Origin: a virus
Lineage: Duplodnaviria > Caudoviricetes
Reading direction: 5' to 3' (one strand)
Virus record (IMG/VR): IMGVR_UViG_3300029448_000025
Location: 653-64,652 of that record
Length of the DNA stretch: 64,000 nucleotides
The translations under genes and the position numbers were made by a program. Below are positions 30,401 to 40,095 of the stretch, in pieces. The notes below the pieces were generated by a model. That model had not been told where the DNA came from, searched no databases, and worked only from the letters and a program-made list of their open reading frames with translations. Position 1 is the first letter of the stretch, and every line of letters starts with the position of its first letter.

Positions 30401-33400
30401 TAATAATAAATTAAATCCTCCGCACTTCTACTATCGCCCTTTCTACAAACAATTGCACCATATCCTGCTGTATCAAATTGCGAAACATCATCTACAAAAA
30501 TTGTCGTGTCTGAAAGTGCTATGTCTTGATTTAAGAAAGAAAAGTCGTTAATCATATACTTTTGATTTTTATGCTTGATAAAAGTTGCATCATCGTTATT
30601 TTTAAACGACAAAACAGCATTTTTCCAATAAGAATCAGTTAAGTATGGAGTTCCTGCTACTGCTAAGGTATAGTCGCCAAAATCAACTTGACCTCCCGAA
30701 GAATACCCACTCCGACCACCTGTTGCGGCTGTATTTAGGTTGTAATATCGAGATGCGTCAATTATTACAAACGCACCTGCTGTTTCATCCCAATTAGCGT
30801 AGCGAGTATCAAGAGGTTCGTCATTTGAACCACCGGCTAAACTGCACCAAGCATTGCCCGTGTAAGGTTCGGATTCTGCGTCAAACTTCCAAATATCAAT
30901 GTCTTCGCCAATTTTTAATTCTGTATAAACATCAGGCTCGCCGCCTTCATTAAATTGGTCTGCAACAGTTAATTGAACTTTATAGTTATCAGAGGTTGGC
31001 AACAACAAACCAAAATCGTTTTTGCGGAAACCGCCATCTGCGTCTGCTGTTCCGTCGTTGCGCATGTCTGCCCAAAGAACATACAAATGCTTGTAAGAAT
31101 CACTTGAATTATTGCGCAGACTGTAAATTGTTTTATCGGCTTGCCATTTTCTTTTAACACCTTTAACCCCCGTTAATGTAATTTGCGCAGAATTAAGATA
31201 CTTTATTGTTCCTGTATCATCGACGGGTTCAAAAGTTGCATTAGAGTTTGCTGTTCTTCTTTCGGTAATATGAGGTTCAGTTAAACGGACTTTAACGCCA
31301 TCGGGGTCTGAATAATGACGAGCAGTGCCGTAATTCCAAGAAGAAGCATTTAGATTTCTTGCGTTCATATAAGCAAACTCATTTACACCTGCCTCAAAGG
31401 ATATTTTTGATGCTTTGTAAACACCGCTACCTGCCGCCGCAGTTATTTGAAACAAGCCGTTTAACAAATTATCTGAAAAACCTTCATGGATAACAATGTT
31501 CCCAACAGTCCAAGTTCCTGAACCTGATGTAAACTCTTCATCCGATAAATCCCATGAGGTAGCGGCTTCTGTTAAAGTTCCTGAAACACCACTAAAAATA
31601 ACATGCTGTGAGTCATTTGTTTCAATATCAACTAATTCAAGAATGCCATGTCGCATATCATGGTAATTAAACAAATGCAAAATTGCGGGTTCATCAATAA
31701 CAATTGAAGTAGCACCCTGCGCAATATCTGCGTGCAAACCATCCCAACCTGTTACTGTTCCGTTTGAATTATATGACCCTGCGCCATGAGTAGCAATATA
31801 CTGCGCAGACTTTGGCGTATTTAGATTTGAACCTGCACCAGCCCTCCATAACGGTATTGCGTCAATTATGCCAAACTGCGCCTTAAAGAAAGGAGATAAA
31901 GGCAAATCTCTCATAATTCTTGCGTGGATGTTTCTATTCTTTACTGCTTGATGTTCTGCGTCTGTTAAAAGTGCGCCTTCAAATAAAACGGGTTTTACAA
32001 GCGGGTATCGTTTTGAGTCATCACTGTTTATTTTTGTTAAATTATAAGCCATACCATAGTTGCTTGTTACTGTTGCGGTATCAGAAACAGCAAGCGCAGA
32101 AGGCCAACTTTCAAGTTCAACATGAACAGTAGTAGCAGAGGGAACGGCAACAACCTTTAGTGGTGATGCCTTTAAAAAAGAAGAACCAGTAGTGCCTATT
32201 CCCGAAGGCAAAATAAATACATCACCAATAGCAAGACTATGAGATGCTCTTGTTCGCAATTCAAACATAACACTTTTTACTACACTTCGATTAGTAGTTT
32301 CATCCAGTTTTGAGCGATAATGAATAGATTTACAAGTCCATTTATCTACTTCAAACAATCTATCTGTTGTTTCATCTGCGCCAGTAAAATCACATCTAAT
32401 TTCACATAAATAAGTATTAACATCAATAGAGCCGTTTCCCGCAGAATTATACCTTCTTTTATGCGCAATAAGACCATTTGTAGCAATAGCATAATCTCCA
32501 TCATAACCTGTTCCCTTAACAGTAATTGTATCACCTGCGGCTAAACCTTTGTATGTGCTTAACACTGTTGCGTATTGAGAAACTCCGCTTGATGCAAATG
32601 TTGGGTCTGTTGCTTCCTCCCATTCAACATAAAAACTGCGAGTATTTGCTGTGCCATCTACTTTATGTTGCACTGCAATAATTTCAGAAAGACTGTAAGT
32701 ATCATTATCAAAACCAAAACCCGCCCACTCCTTATCAGGAAAATTAGGGCCATCTTCGTCTTCACCCATATACATTTGAATAGCCGAACCTGAGTTTAGA
32801 TGAGTTCTTGCACTACTATCCTTTTGAAACTTAACGCTATTTACTACATTGTAAAAATTATGTCCTAAATCACTATTGCCAACAGTAAGAGAACTTGCGC
32901 CCATATTCATTTTTGTCAAAAGAGAAAGTGTGTCAAAATTAACTTGAGAAGAAGTAGAAGACATTGAAATATGCTCATTCAAAGAAAAAGTTGCACTACC
33001 CCCTGTTTCCCATAAAGGCAACACTCTATTGAGAATTGCCGATGAATCGCGAGCAGTAATTATTGTTTCGAGGGTTTGTTGATGTTTATTTTGTTTATGG
33101 TTTAAAGACTCAACAACTCCCGACCAAATAGGGCGTTCTTCTTCATCACGGAATGCTAATAAACGCCATTCTGTTGCGCCTACGCCTGTTGTAAGGGCCG
33201 CAAGAGCATATTCGTTTGAATCGTCATAAATAGATAGATTAAGGGTTGAAACATTATTTGTTCCATATTTGAAAGCAAACTTACCAACTTCGGGTTTTGC
33301 TACTGTGTTACCGATGTTATAATTTAACGGCAAAATAACTCCGACTCTATCAATTAAAGTGTTCGTGCAAAGATGTGTTTTACTGTTAAGATTAGCCCAA

Positions 33401-34623
33401 ACTGCATCTAAAGACCAACCTTTACTTGTTGTTAAAGAGTTGCCAGTTGCCGCAATAGAACCATTAGTAAAATGAGTTGTGCTATCGTTTAAATACGCTT
33501 TCCATGTGCCGCCAGCATGGTCGAAAACAACATAAATATCCGCCCATATTTCATCTGCATTGTATATTCGTGCGCTACTTTCGCCATCATCCCACTTTCT
33601 AAAAACACCGGAACTATAACTCATTAGCGTTGCAAGGTCAATTGCCACTGTTGCTAAAGGCGTTGTATCACTCCACTCGCCTGTCGATTTAGTAAAAGTT
33701 GCACTTGATTTGTAGCCAATTTTTAAAGAATAAGTCATTGGCACACCATCCATAATTCGATGTGAAGCCATCCTTATGTGAAAAACTTCACCTAAACCAC
33801 GCAAACGCAAAGGCCCATCATAACTAATTAGTCTTTCAGTGCCGCTTGATGCTTGAGAATAAATGTTATTTATTAAAAATGGCATTTCACTTGGCGAAGT
33901 AATGTCATGCAAATAATTATCAGGTCTTGATTCTGTAATATCCATTGCTGTTTGCGGCCCTTCGCCGGTATAAACACTTGCAAAATGAGTTCTTTTTATT
34001 GCGCTTAAAGCCCACTGAGAATCGTCTTGTTGTCCTATGCGAGCATAACCTCCTGCAAGTGGCATTTTTGCGGCAGGAAACCATGAAGAATCCGCAGGAA
34101 TATAACTGTCTGCGCCAAATGTTAAATCCATAACACCCATTGGCGCAAAATAAGAGCCGCTTGTATCATGTCCGTTTGTAAAGTTAAGGTATGAAGAACC
34201 ACTCGCACCATTAAATCGAACTCTGTTTGCCGATAAAGAAGAAGGATGTTGTAGATTTGACCTATGTTCATAATCAGAACCAATTGACGGGTCAATAGTT
34301 AGCCATTCATGGATTCCTCTATTTATTGTAAGTTTATTTGCGTTATTAGTAATAAATGTATTAAGTCCTTCATCAACATCACTTTCTGCACGCACAGGGT
34401 CGCCCGAAGCATAATGCCCACTGCGCAGACGGTCAATGTAAGAATACGCATAGCGTGGATTTAGTATATTAGTTCCGCCAAAAATTGAACCATGATGAGA
34501 GTTTTCGTGGTCGTGTGTGCGTATTGTAGCGTCGTTTAAATCGTCTGCAATTGCTCTTGCACCGTTAAAGTCGTCGTAATAACCTGAAAGCCAAAATGTC
34601 TGTTTTAACCCTATTGACTTCAC
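27436..34623 (-). CDS. Giant tail tip / baseplate-adhesin protein (~2400 aa)
   Basis: Directly downstream of the tape measure gene; beta-rich G/S/T/N composition; GTG at 34623 overlaps the TMP stop and has an AGGTGG SD. Confidence 0.7.
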   Translation of the reverse strand: MKSIGLKQTFWLSGYYDDFNGARAIADDLNDATIRTHDHENSHHGSIFGGTNILNPRYAYSYIDRLRSGHYASGDPVRAESDVDEGLNTFITNNANKLTINRGIHEWLTIDPSIGSDYEHRSNLQHPSSLSANRVRFNGASGSSYLNFTNGHDTSGSYFAPMGVMDLTFGADSYIPADSSWFPAAKMPLAGGYARIGQQDDSQWALSAIKRTHFASVYTGEGPQTAMDITESRPDNYLHDITSPSEMPFLINNIYSQASSGTERLISYDGPLRLRGLGEVFHIRMASHRIMDGVPMTYSLKIGYKSSATFTKSTGEWSDTTPLATVAIDLATLMSYSSGVFRKWDDGESSARIYNADEIWADIYVVFDHAGGTWKAYLNDSTTHFTNGSIAATGNSLTTSKGWSLDAVWANLNSKTHLCTNTLIDRVGVILPLNYNIGNTVAKPEVGKFAFKYGTNNVSTLNLSIYDDSNEYALAALTTGVGATEWRLLAFRDEEERPIWSGVVESLNHKQNKHQQTLETIITARDSSAILNRVLPLWETGGSATFSLNEHISMSSTSSQVNFDTLSLLTKMNMGASSLTVGNSDLGHNFYNVVNSVKFQKDSSARTHLNSGSAIQMYMGEDEDGPNFPDKEWAGFGFDNDTYSLSEIIAVQHKVDGTANTRSFYVEWEEATDPTFASSGVSQYATVLSTYKGLAAGDTITVKGTGYDGDYAIATNGLIAHKRRYNSAGNGSIDVNTYLCEIRCDFTGADETTDRLFEVDKWTCKSIHYRSKLDETTNRSVVKSVMFELRTRASHSLAIGDVFILPSGIGTTGSSFLKASPLKVVAVPSATTVHVELESWPSALAVSDTATVTSNYGMAYNLTKINSDDSKRYPLVKPVLFEGALLTDAEHQAVKNRNIHARIMRDLPLSPFFKAQFGIIDAIPLWRAGAGSNLNTPKSAQYIATHGAGSYNSNGTVTGWDGLHADIAQGATSIVIDEPAILHLFNYHDMRHGILELVDIETNDSQHVIFSGVSGTLTEAATSWDLSDEEFTSGSGTWTVGNIVIHEGFSDNLLNGLFQITAAAGSGVYKASKISFEAGVNEFAYMNARNLNASSWNYGTARHYSDPDGVKVRLTEPHITERRTANSNATFEPVDDTGTIKYLNSAQITLTGVKGVKRKWQADKTIYSLRNNSSDSYKHLYVLWADMRNDGTADADGGFRKNDFGLLLPTSDNYKVQLTVADQFNEGGEPDVYTELKIGEDIDIWKFDAESEPYTGNAWCSLAGGSNDEPLDTRYANWDETAGAFVIIDASRYYNLNTAATGGRSGYSSGGQVDFGDYTLAVAGTPYLTDSYWKNAVLSFKNNDDATFIKHKNQKYMINDFSFLNQDIALSDTTIFVDDVSQFDTAGYGAIVCRKGDSRSAEDLIYYYSWTGKGVDATKGDKLTGVYITSYPNGNLIGPKSLEVLLKADVAGGATGSNAVIDLVGTDGAGVFKSAIVYNTTAALFSLRLMTNLQGYIPSANSGTFFAHDKLRTIFNLLTADTWAKNSALPLMYNFGGVPNTKNMTITQLAASGSDTDSFGSIIDAKATTVLNLLNQMSDKEGSGIGGNTKTFTWSVNRDNMLTFRPSYASGHTLTRSNMLMSSLNTQIGSQATNIRVFYNGNTNYADYPEAVSGEVTRWRILQQPKIFSADEALSIAKQEYARENTARVSITAQMVRAAGESDIMLYGARYGYVQDVFRQGTKAHIDSNASWCNIWGGSPFSGIQSALESAQTTFNKPAENSRNLGKFHSAILQTDTLQSKGVEPRVRGPVSVGVDVSTGSSLLNIVESGSAPNRVHTAKFAQNGGSPVYGATKALADGWNFLEPNTGSTQLSIYCQSGLGSRTGTAGTYTMNFAEGIERGYNSAYSWHGSNSLSYALNIIHVDKGTNLVSATTTNKLRLAITIDSGSTADNVVFRVWLLDYTFDEAPDAGNKPPQNDISSLSGSSSVLVNGNGYYPITIPSSYQGDTSKKLFVSVNVEYLRALVRKIITGSTINAHNIDGLSTYSSFNLASPFPLGVRQHPVFGHMGNERASYYAPRVAIVKDINYLPSTTLTFTDTHIDLETQTLSINSVGWSKDEQQVEKVILGLERTERHFAYSLAQVISGGANNPAKPESGPPASPDPSPAIPPSSGGGDAVNPRPALPPPTVGGGSSQTNNNQGYDVNMMSNAALRVIKGRASFSSDTHASAGSWGIIGQKKPSVALSSDRDIDGIDSILSTGEGVAMKTNEGFVLAGITDSESGEQGEIHTHSMTVRVPNDISTGIVGLEGALTLDTISSGGSALITTTITCKETGQSISQNTTVAMGTSRESTTLLTTQNLDGAETAGNTLVIEISRSPARSGDSAPYQSLVIHNTSVKMRRNSIHSNAQSDNFKPY

Positions 34624-37600
34624 GATATTCCACCTGTCGCTCTCCACTCTGCTAATACTCCCTCCGACACCTGAGTAACCATTTCAGGCAAAGTCATTCC
34701 ATTGAAAATGTTTGTTTGAACAATTTCAGTTTTATGCAAAAGGTTTTCAATACCTCCTTGCGATACTTGTTTCATAAGTGTTCCTGTAAAGTTTTGTCGC
34801 TGTCCGAAAAACAACTCTTCACGGGCATTGGCAAATTGAAATGCGTCGCCTAAAATCTCTTCATTAGCCGCTTTTTCTGCGTCAATTATTTCTTCATTAT
34901 TAGCAAGAGTAGTGCTAAGAAGTGCGTTTAAGTAATCTTCATGTTGCATAAGAGCAGTTATATTATACTCTTCTTGAAGTTCAAGTTTTCTTGCATCTCT
35001 TTGCTTAATAGTATCGAACTCTTCTTGAATATACTCGCCTTGCAAATTAGTGTAAGAAAGTCTTTCTTTAGTCGTTACTATTTCACCTCTATAATGTTTT
35101 CCAAAATAACTTGCCCTTGAAGTAATACTTTGGTCTTCTGTCATTTCTAACCCTCCTGCCGCTAATACAGCAGAAGTTCTCGCTAATTCAGTTTGAGATT
35201 TTTGTAACTCTTCTAAGGTTATTTTAGCGGCTTCTGCCGCCGCAATATCCGCACTAAGTTGATTTGCCAAAGCGTCATTACTACCCGCCATACTTTTACT
35301 TTCATTTAATTCTGCCAGTTCTACATCAAGTCTTGCGATAGCATCTGCCGCACCATTTGTTGCAATAATATCTGCATAAGTTTCATCAATAACGCCTTCT
35401 AAAATTGAACCTTCTCTTGAAGAAAGAGATGCGAGGTTTGTTTCGGTATTCATTAAGCCTGTGTTAAAAGAATCAATTTGCGCAATTTCTTCTGCCAAAA
35501 AGTCTTTGCCTCCAAACAAAGCCTTGCCGCCAAAGTAAGCACCGGCCATTACAGCCGCCGCAATGAGAAGGTTCATTCCTCCTGTTAAAATAGTTTGAAG
35601 GAATACTCCCTCTGCCATAGCAACATTTAATGCAGTCATAGCACCCATAAGCATAGGAAAAGCCATAGTAGCCAACATGACTGCCATAACACCTGCTTGA
35701 GAAGCACCGTCGCCAACCAACATGAATAACATAGATAGTGGCATCATAGCCTTTGTTACGCCTTGAACACTTATTCCGGCCATACCCATAGCAAAATTAT
35801 ATTTAATCATTGCACCTGTGCTTGCATTTACACCTATTGCCTCGTTACGGATTTGCAAGTTTCTTTTCTTTAAAGCCGCACTGGATTGTTCGCTTGCAAG
35901 AATATCCATTTGTATAGCGTTTCTCTTTTTCATTAACGCTTCTTCTTCTTTTTGATATGTTACCAAAAGTTCGTTGAGTTCTTTGTCTTCTTCGTCTATT
36001 AACCTTAATTTAGCAATACTGGATTGAACCTCGGACTTTTTAATACCTGCTAATTGTATTTCAGTGTTCAATTGTCCGACTTTTGTTCTTGCCATTTGCA
36101 ACTCTGCTTCATTAAGAGGATTTGTTAAAGTAAGAGTTTGAGATAAATACGCAATCTCTCTTTCTTGAGTCATTGCGAGCGTGTCCTGAGCCTTTGCTCT
36201 TTCTATCATACCCTTTGTTCCCTGAGACTGCAAAGCATTGTAATGCGCAACAGCAGAAGCGCCTCCTGTGTTTAGTCCAATAAATCTTTTTTGAACTGCT
36301 TCTTGCGCCTGTGTTTTTAAAGTCAGTTCTCCTAATTCAGTATTAAGAAGTTCAATATCTATTTTTAGTTTCTTCATTCCTTCTTCACTAAATATAACTG
36401 TTTGTCCTGTAAGTATGTTAAAGGCATTCCGCATTTTACCTGCGGCAGTTGCACCTAATTCTAAACTTTTACCCATAGCAGTCATTGTTGCTTGCGCAGA
36501 CTCCATAGTAAGTTTTGTTTCTAAGGATTCTTGATTAAGAGCGTTGAGTTTTAGAGTAGCCTCATAGATTTCATTGCCAAACAACTGATTCCTATAAGTC
36601 AAACCTTGAAGGTGAACTAAGTTTTGTTTATCGGTAATTGCCATATTTTGTTTTGCAGTCGTTAAAAACTTAATTTCTTCTCTTGTTGCCGCATAACCTT
36701 GCGCTTCTGCGTAGAACTGCGGATTAGATGCTTTGCGCACTGCGTCTAATGTTTTAAACGCAATCATTAAATTAAATACACTAAATCCAACATCTGCTAA
36801 TGGTTGAATCATTGCTTTGTATTGTCCTGAAAGAGCAACAAGGTTTCCAATTGCTTTACCGCCTAAATCAGTTTCCATTAGTGCGTCAATACCTTTCAGG
36901 AAAATTGCTTGTCCTTCTGCGGCTTTGCGGTATGAATCGGTTAATTTATCACCGATTTCAATTTGAAGGTTTGTTACAACAGCCTCTAATTGCTGTTGTC
37001 TAAATGAAGCGGTTTCTGCCCTAAGACCAAACTCTTCAAGTGCGCTGTATTGTCCGTGATAAGCCGCAGTTTGCAACTCAATAAGTCGAGGTTGGTTTTC
37101 CATTAACTTAAGAAACTTAACATAGTGGCGAGAACCTGCGATTGCAACAGCAAGGTTTCGTTTTTGTTCTGCTGTCATACTATCATAAGCAGGGCCAATT
37201 TCTTTAATAATATCGGTCAGTTTCATTTGCGTTATGCCGGTAGCATCTACGCCATCTATTAAGTCATCTAAAACTTTAACTGCTTCTGTATTTTCATTAC
37301 CTATGCGTTGATAAATCATACGCAAACCTGTTCCCGCACGACTTACTTCTTCACCAGTCTCAAGCAAAAGAGCAGACATTGCGGCCATTTCACCAATAGA
37401 TTCACCGGCAATAGACGCTTGACTTGAAAATTGGTTAAGAACAAAAGTAATATCCTCCATTATTGCAACAGAAGAGTTTTCAACGGTATTTAATTGGTCG
37501 AGAACTCGAATTGTATTTCCACGCACTATATTGGCTTGTTGTTCCGCAGTCATTAACTCATACTGCGCATCCGTTAAACCGCCCATCATAAAACCTGTTT

Positions 37601-38075
37601 GTTGCGCAAGTTGAATAAGACGGTTCATACCCATTTCAGTTTCCATTTCACCAACGGCGGCCATTAAAAGACCGCCTCTTGTAGCCTCAATAATTGCTTC
37701 TTGAGACTCAAGAACTTGTTTCAATTGCGCAGTTTTTGCAGAAGCCGCAAGTGCTTGGTCGCCACTAAAACCAAAAGCCAAACCTAATTGAACTGTTGAT
37801 TCCGCAAATCTTTCAACTTCTCCGGCTTGACCTTGATAAAACTTGCGCACACGGATAAGTTGTTGCTCATACTCAAAAAACGCATCAACGACAAGTTGAG
37901 TTGCGTCAATAATCTGCGTGGCAGAATCATTAAAAGCATCACTAATTCCTGAAAGCGCATCACCAAGAATTGCTTGTTGAACAGTTAATGCGGCTTGAGT
38001 GTCGCCAAGAAGAGTTTTTGCTTGAAAAGTTCCGACAATATCGAAAAAGACTCTTGCCGCACCTGCTTTTGCCAT
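34620..38075 (-). CDS. Tail tape measure protein
   Basis: 1151 aa, Ala/Gly-rich and helical, SRAGTGLR motif typical of TP901-like TMP core, hydrophobic segments; follows the tail chaperones. Confidence 0.88.
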   Translation of the reverse strand: MAKAGAARVFFDIVGTFQAKTLLGDTQAALTVQQAILGDALSGISDAFNDSATQIIDATQLVVDAFFEYEQQLIRVRKFYQGQAGEVERFAESTVQLGLAFGFSGDQALAASAKTAQLKQVLESQEAIIEATRGGLLMAAVGEMETEMGMNRLIQLAQQTGFMMGGLTDAQYELMTAEQQANIVRGNTIRVLDQLNTVENSSVAIMEDITFVLNQFSSQASIAGESIGEMAAMSALLLETGEEVSRAGTGLRMIYQRIGNENTEAVKVLDDLIDGVDATGITQMKLTDIIKEIGPAYDSMTAEQKRNLAVAIAGSRHYVKFLKLMENQPRLIELQTAAYHGQYSALEEFGLRAETASFRQQQLEAVVTNLQIEIGDKLTDSYRKAAEGQAIFLKGIDALMETDLGGKAIGNLVALSGQYKAMIQPLADVGFSVFNLMIAFKTLDAVRKASNPQFYAEAQGYAATREEIKFLTTAKQNMAITDKQNLVHLQGLTYRNQLFGNEIYEATLKLNALNQESLETKLTMESAQATMTAMGKSLELGATAAGKMRNAFNILTGQTVIFSEEGMKKLKIDIELLNTELGELTLKTQAQEAVQKRFIGLNTGGASAVAHYNALQSQGTKGMIERAKAQDTLAMTQEREIAYLSQTLTLTNPLNEAELQMARTKVGQLNTEIQLAGIKKSEVQSSIAKLRLIDEEDKELNELLVTYQKEEEALMKKRNAIQMDILASEQSSAALKKRNLQIRNEAIGVNASTGAMIKYNFAMGMAGISVQGVTKAMMPLSMLFMLVGDGASQAGVMAVMLATMAFPMLMGAMTALNVAMAEGVFLQTILTGGMNLLIAAAVMAGAYFGGKALFGGKDFLAEEIAQIDSFNTGLMNTETNLASLSSREGSILEGVIDETYADIIATNGAADAIARLDVELAELNESKSMAGSNDALANQLSADIAAAEAAKITLEELQKSQTELARTSAVLAAGGLEMTEDQSITSRASYFGKHYRGEIVTTKERLSYTNLQGEYIQEEFDTIKQRDARKLELQEEYNITALMQHEDYLNALLSTTLANNEEIIDAEKAANEEILGDAFQFANAREELFFGQRQNFTGTLMKQVSQGGIENLLHKTEIVQTNIFNGMTLPEMVTQVSEGVLAEWRATGGIS

Positions 38076-38077
38076 AA

Positions 38078-38368
38078 CTATTCCTCAACCCAATTGTTCA
38101 TTATGCCGCCCATTTTTTCGCTTGATATTTTTTCTGCTTGATGTCGTCTTTGATTTCTGCGTGCAACTGCGGATTTAGCCTTAGACTTGCTATTGGCTTC
38201 TTCCGTTTGCTCTTTAATTCTTTCTCCTATCTCTGCGGCAACATGAAGGTCAAACTCCATTCTTTGATAACCGTTTTCGTCATCATAACGGTCAAAAAGT
38301 TGATTCGGAAGAATGCCTTTGAAAGTGCTTAACAAAGTTGGCGCGACCCTCCCGATTAGTCCAAAGGG
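38078..38368 (-). CDS. Tail assembly chaperone C-terminal extension (gpT-like), reached by -1 frameshift
   Basis: The -1 frame opens at the slippery heptamer C-CCT-TTG (38368-38362) and runs to 38078. Confidence 0.75.
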   Translation of the reverse strand, partial: PFGLIGRVAPTLLSTFKGILPNQLFDRYDDENGYQRMEFDLHVAAEIGERIKEQTEEANSKSKAKSAVARRNQRRHQAEKISSEKMGGIMNNWVEE

Positions 38369-38715
38369 ATAGCGCCCTCTAATGTATCGCCTCGGACAAA
38401 TCCGAGAATATCTCTTATCTCTAATGAGGTTAAGGTGTTAATATCAAAATCCTTTGGTTCAATAACGCAGGTAGGAATCCATGTCATAATTTGGTCGGTC
38501 ATTCCGCCGCCTTCTTCATCGAGCATTACAGCAAACTCTTCATGTTGCTCAGGAGTCCATTCCGTCGGGTCATTGCCAAAGTGTCGCAATTTGCGAAAAA
38601 CCTTTGCTTGTATATTTTCAATTCGCAATTTTTCCATACCGGATGCTTGGCGAACCCAAATCTTTTTTCCATCACTTAATTCAATCTCTTTCTTCAATAC
38701 TGGCATTCTTTTCAC
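38356..38715 (-). CDS. Tail assembly chaperone (gpG-like)
   Basis: Between the tail tube and TMP genes; slippery site just before its stop. Confidence 0.75.
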   Translation of the reverse strand: MKRMPVLKKEIELSDGKKIWVRQASGMEKLRIENIQAKVFRKLRHFGNDPTEWTPEQHEEFAVMLDEEGGGMTDQIMTWIPTCVIEPKDFDINTLTSLEIRDILGFVRGDTLEGAIPLD

Positions 38716-38794
38716 TATCCTTTTCTTTTACTATTTGGTTCATTGAACCGTTCAAATACAAAATACTACTATTATTCTGCATTTAATTTCACTC

Positions 38795-38986
38795 TCATTG
38801 GTCTTCAAATGTAATAATTCCCATATAGTTGTTTCCAACAGGTTTTCTTATTACTGAAATATCTACTATTTTGTCTCCGTTTGCCAAAGCACGCAAAGCC
38901 GTTTGTATCTGCGTATGAATCGTTAAATGCGTTCCATAAACTACCGAAGTAGTCATTTTTGCGGCGGCGGTTATTTCGTGAGACAT
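38795..38986 (-). CDS. Small hypothetical protein
   Basis: 63 aa ORF in the tail operon. Confidence 0.55.
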   Translation of the reverse strand: MSHEITAAAKMTTSVVYGTHLTIHTQIQTALRALANGDKIVDISVIRKPVGNNYMGIITFEDQ

Positions 38987-39000
38987 CTATGAAGCCCCCA

Positions 39001-40041
39001 TCAAGCGTCATAGTCTGCAAGGGCGGCGGAATCTGATGAGCGACAGTTAATTGACATCATTTTATTAGCATCCCCTAAATCATAAAGAGCGTGAAATGCG
39101 ATAGACATTGTTTGACTGTCTCGACCCGATACCGATGTTTCCGGCATTTCAAAGTGAAGTTTGAAAAAGTCAAATCGAATAAAGTCTGTTGCCGATACTT
39201 CAAACAAAACAGACAAAGCAGGAGTTCCTGAACCCGGATTTTGAACTGCTTGAGCATTTGCTTGAGTAGCACCCATTATTTCATCAAAGAAAGGTTCTGC
39301 ATTAGTTACATCACTTGTTAAAAGAGCCTTAGAAAAAGTAATAGTTCCTGATATATCCCTTAGTGTGCTTGGGGGAGTTCTTACGCATGTTTCATCACCG
39401 AGAGTATATGAGTTTTCAATATCGCGGTTTGTTTTAATTTCAAAGTCAATACTTTGAACCAATTTTGAAAAGTTGCTGTTTGTAGCAGTTCCTTCAAAAT
39501 CTACAAATGCTTTAGCAAAGTGTGCGGCATCTCCTAAGTAAGTCGGAACTGCTGTTGCGAGAGTAGTAGTCGAAGAAGACTGCTTTCGACCAACTGTATT
39601 AACGCTCATCATAGCGTATTCACCAATAGACGATGAAACACTAATTGATTCAATTACTTGTCCGTCAAAAATATGTGCTTTGTCATCTCGACCAACATGA
39701 AATGTAAAAACAGGCAACTCGGCAGTTGAGGAAATTGTTAATTCGTTAAAAGTTCGAGCCGCACTTGCGCTTGCACCTTGAGCATCAGTTCCCATAATGC
39801 CATGAAGCATCATAAGAGTAAAGTGGTCGGGTTGCAAAGGCATACTAAACGAGCCTTCTGAAATCTTTTTACTTAGAATTGCTTTAGCAGAACCGTAGTA
39901 GTTAATGTCGTTTCGCTTTAAGACATCAAATGATTGTTGAAATGATTCCGACTCTACTTCACCAATAGCGGTGTGAGAAGTAGCCGGAGTCAAAAAATTA
40001 GATTGTTTTTTAGCCGAAACATAGCGCGTGTGCTGTGCCAT
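39001..40041 (-). CDS. Major tail tube protein
   Basis: EGSFSM, FTFHVGRD..HIFDG..I.SIS, RDISGTITF; position upstream of the chaperones. Confidence 0.8.
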   Translation of the reverse strand: MAQHTRYVSAKKQSNFLTPATSHTAIGEVESESFQQSFDVLKRNDINYYGSAKAILSKKISEGSFSMPLQPDHFTLMMLHGIMGTDAQGASASAARTFNELTISSTAELPVFTFHVGRDDKAHIFDGQVIESISVSSSIGEYAMMSVNTVGRKQSSSTTTLATAVPTYLGDAAHFAKAFVDFEGTATNSNFSKLVQSIDFEIKTNRDIENSYTLGDETCVRTPPSTLRDISGTITFSKALLTSDVTNAEPFFDEIMGATQANAQAVQNPGSGTPALSVLFEVSATDFIRFDFFKLHFEMPETSVSGRDSQTMSIAFHALYDLGDANKMMSINCRSSDSAALADYDA

Positions 40042-40095
40042 ATTTAAATTGAGGCGTTGCCTCTCTTATGAATGTTTTGACTAAAAACTTTATAT

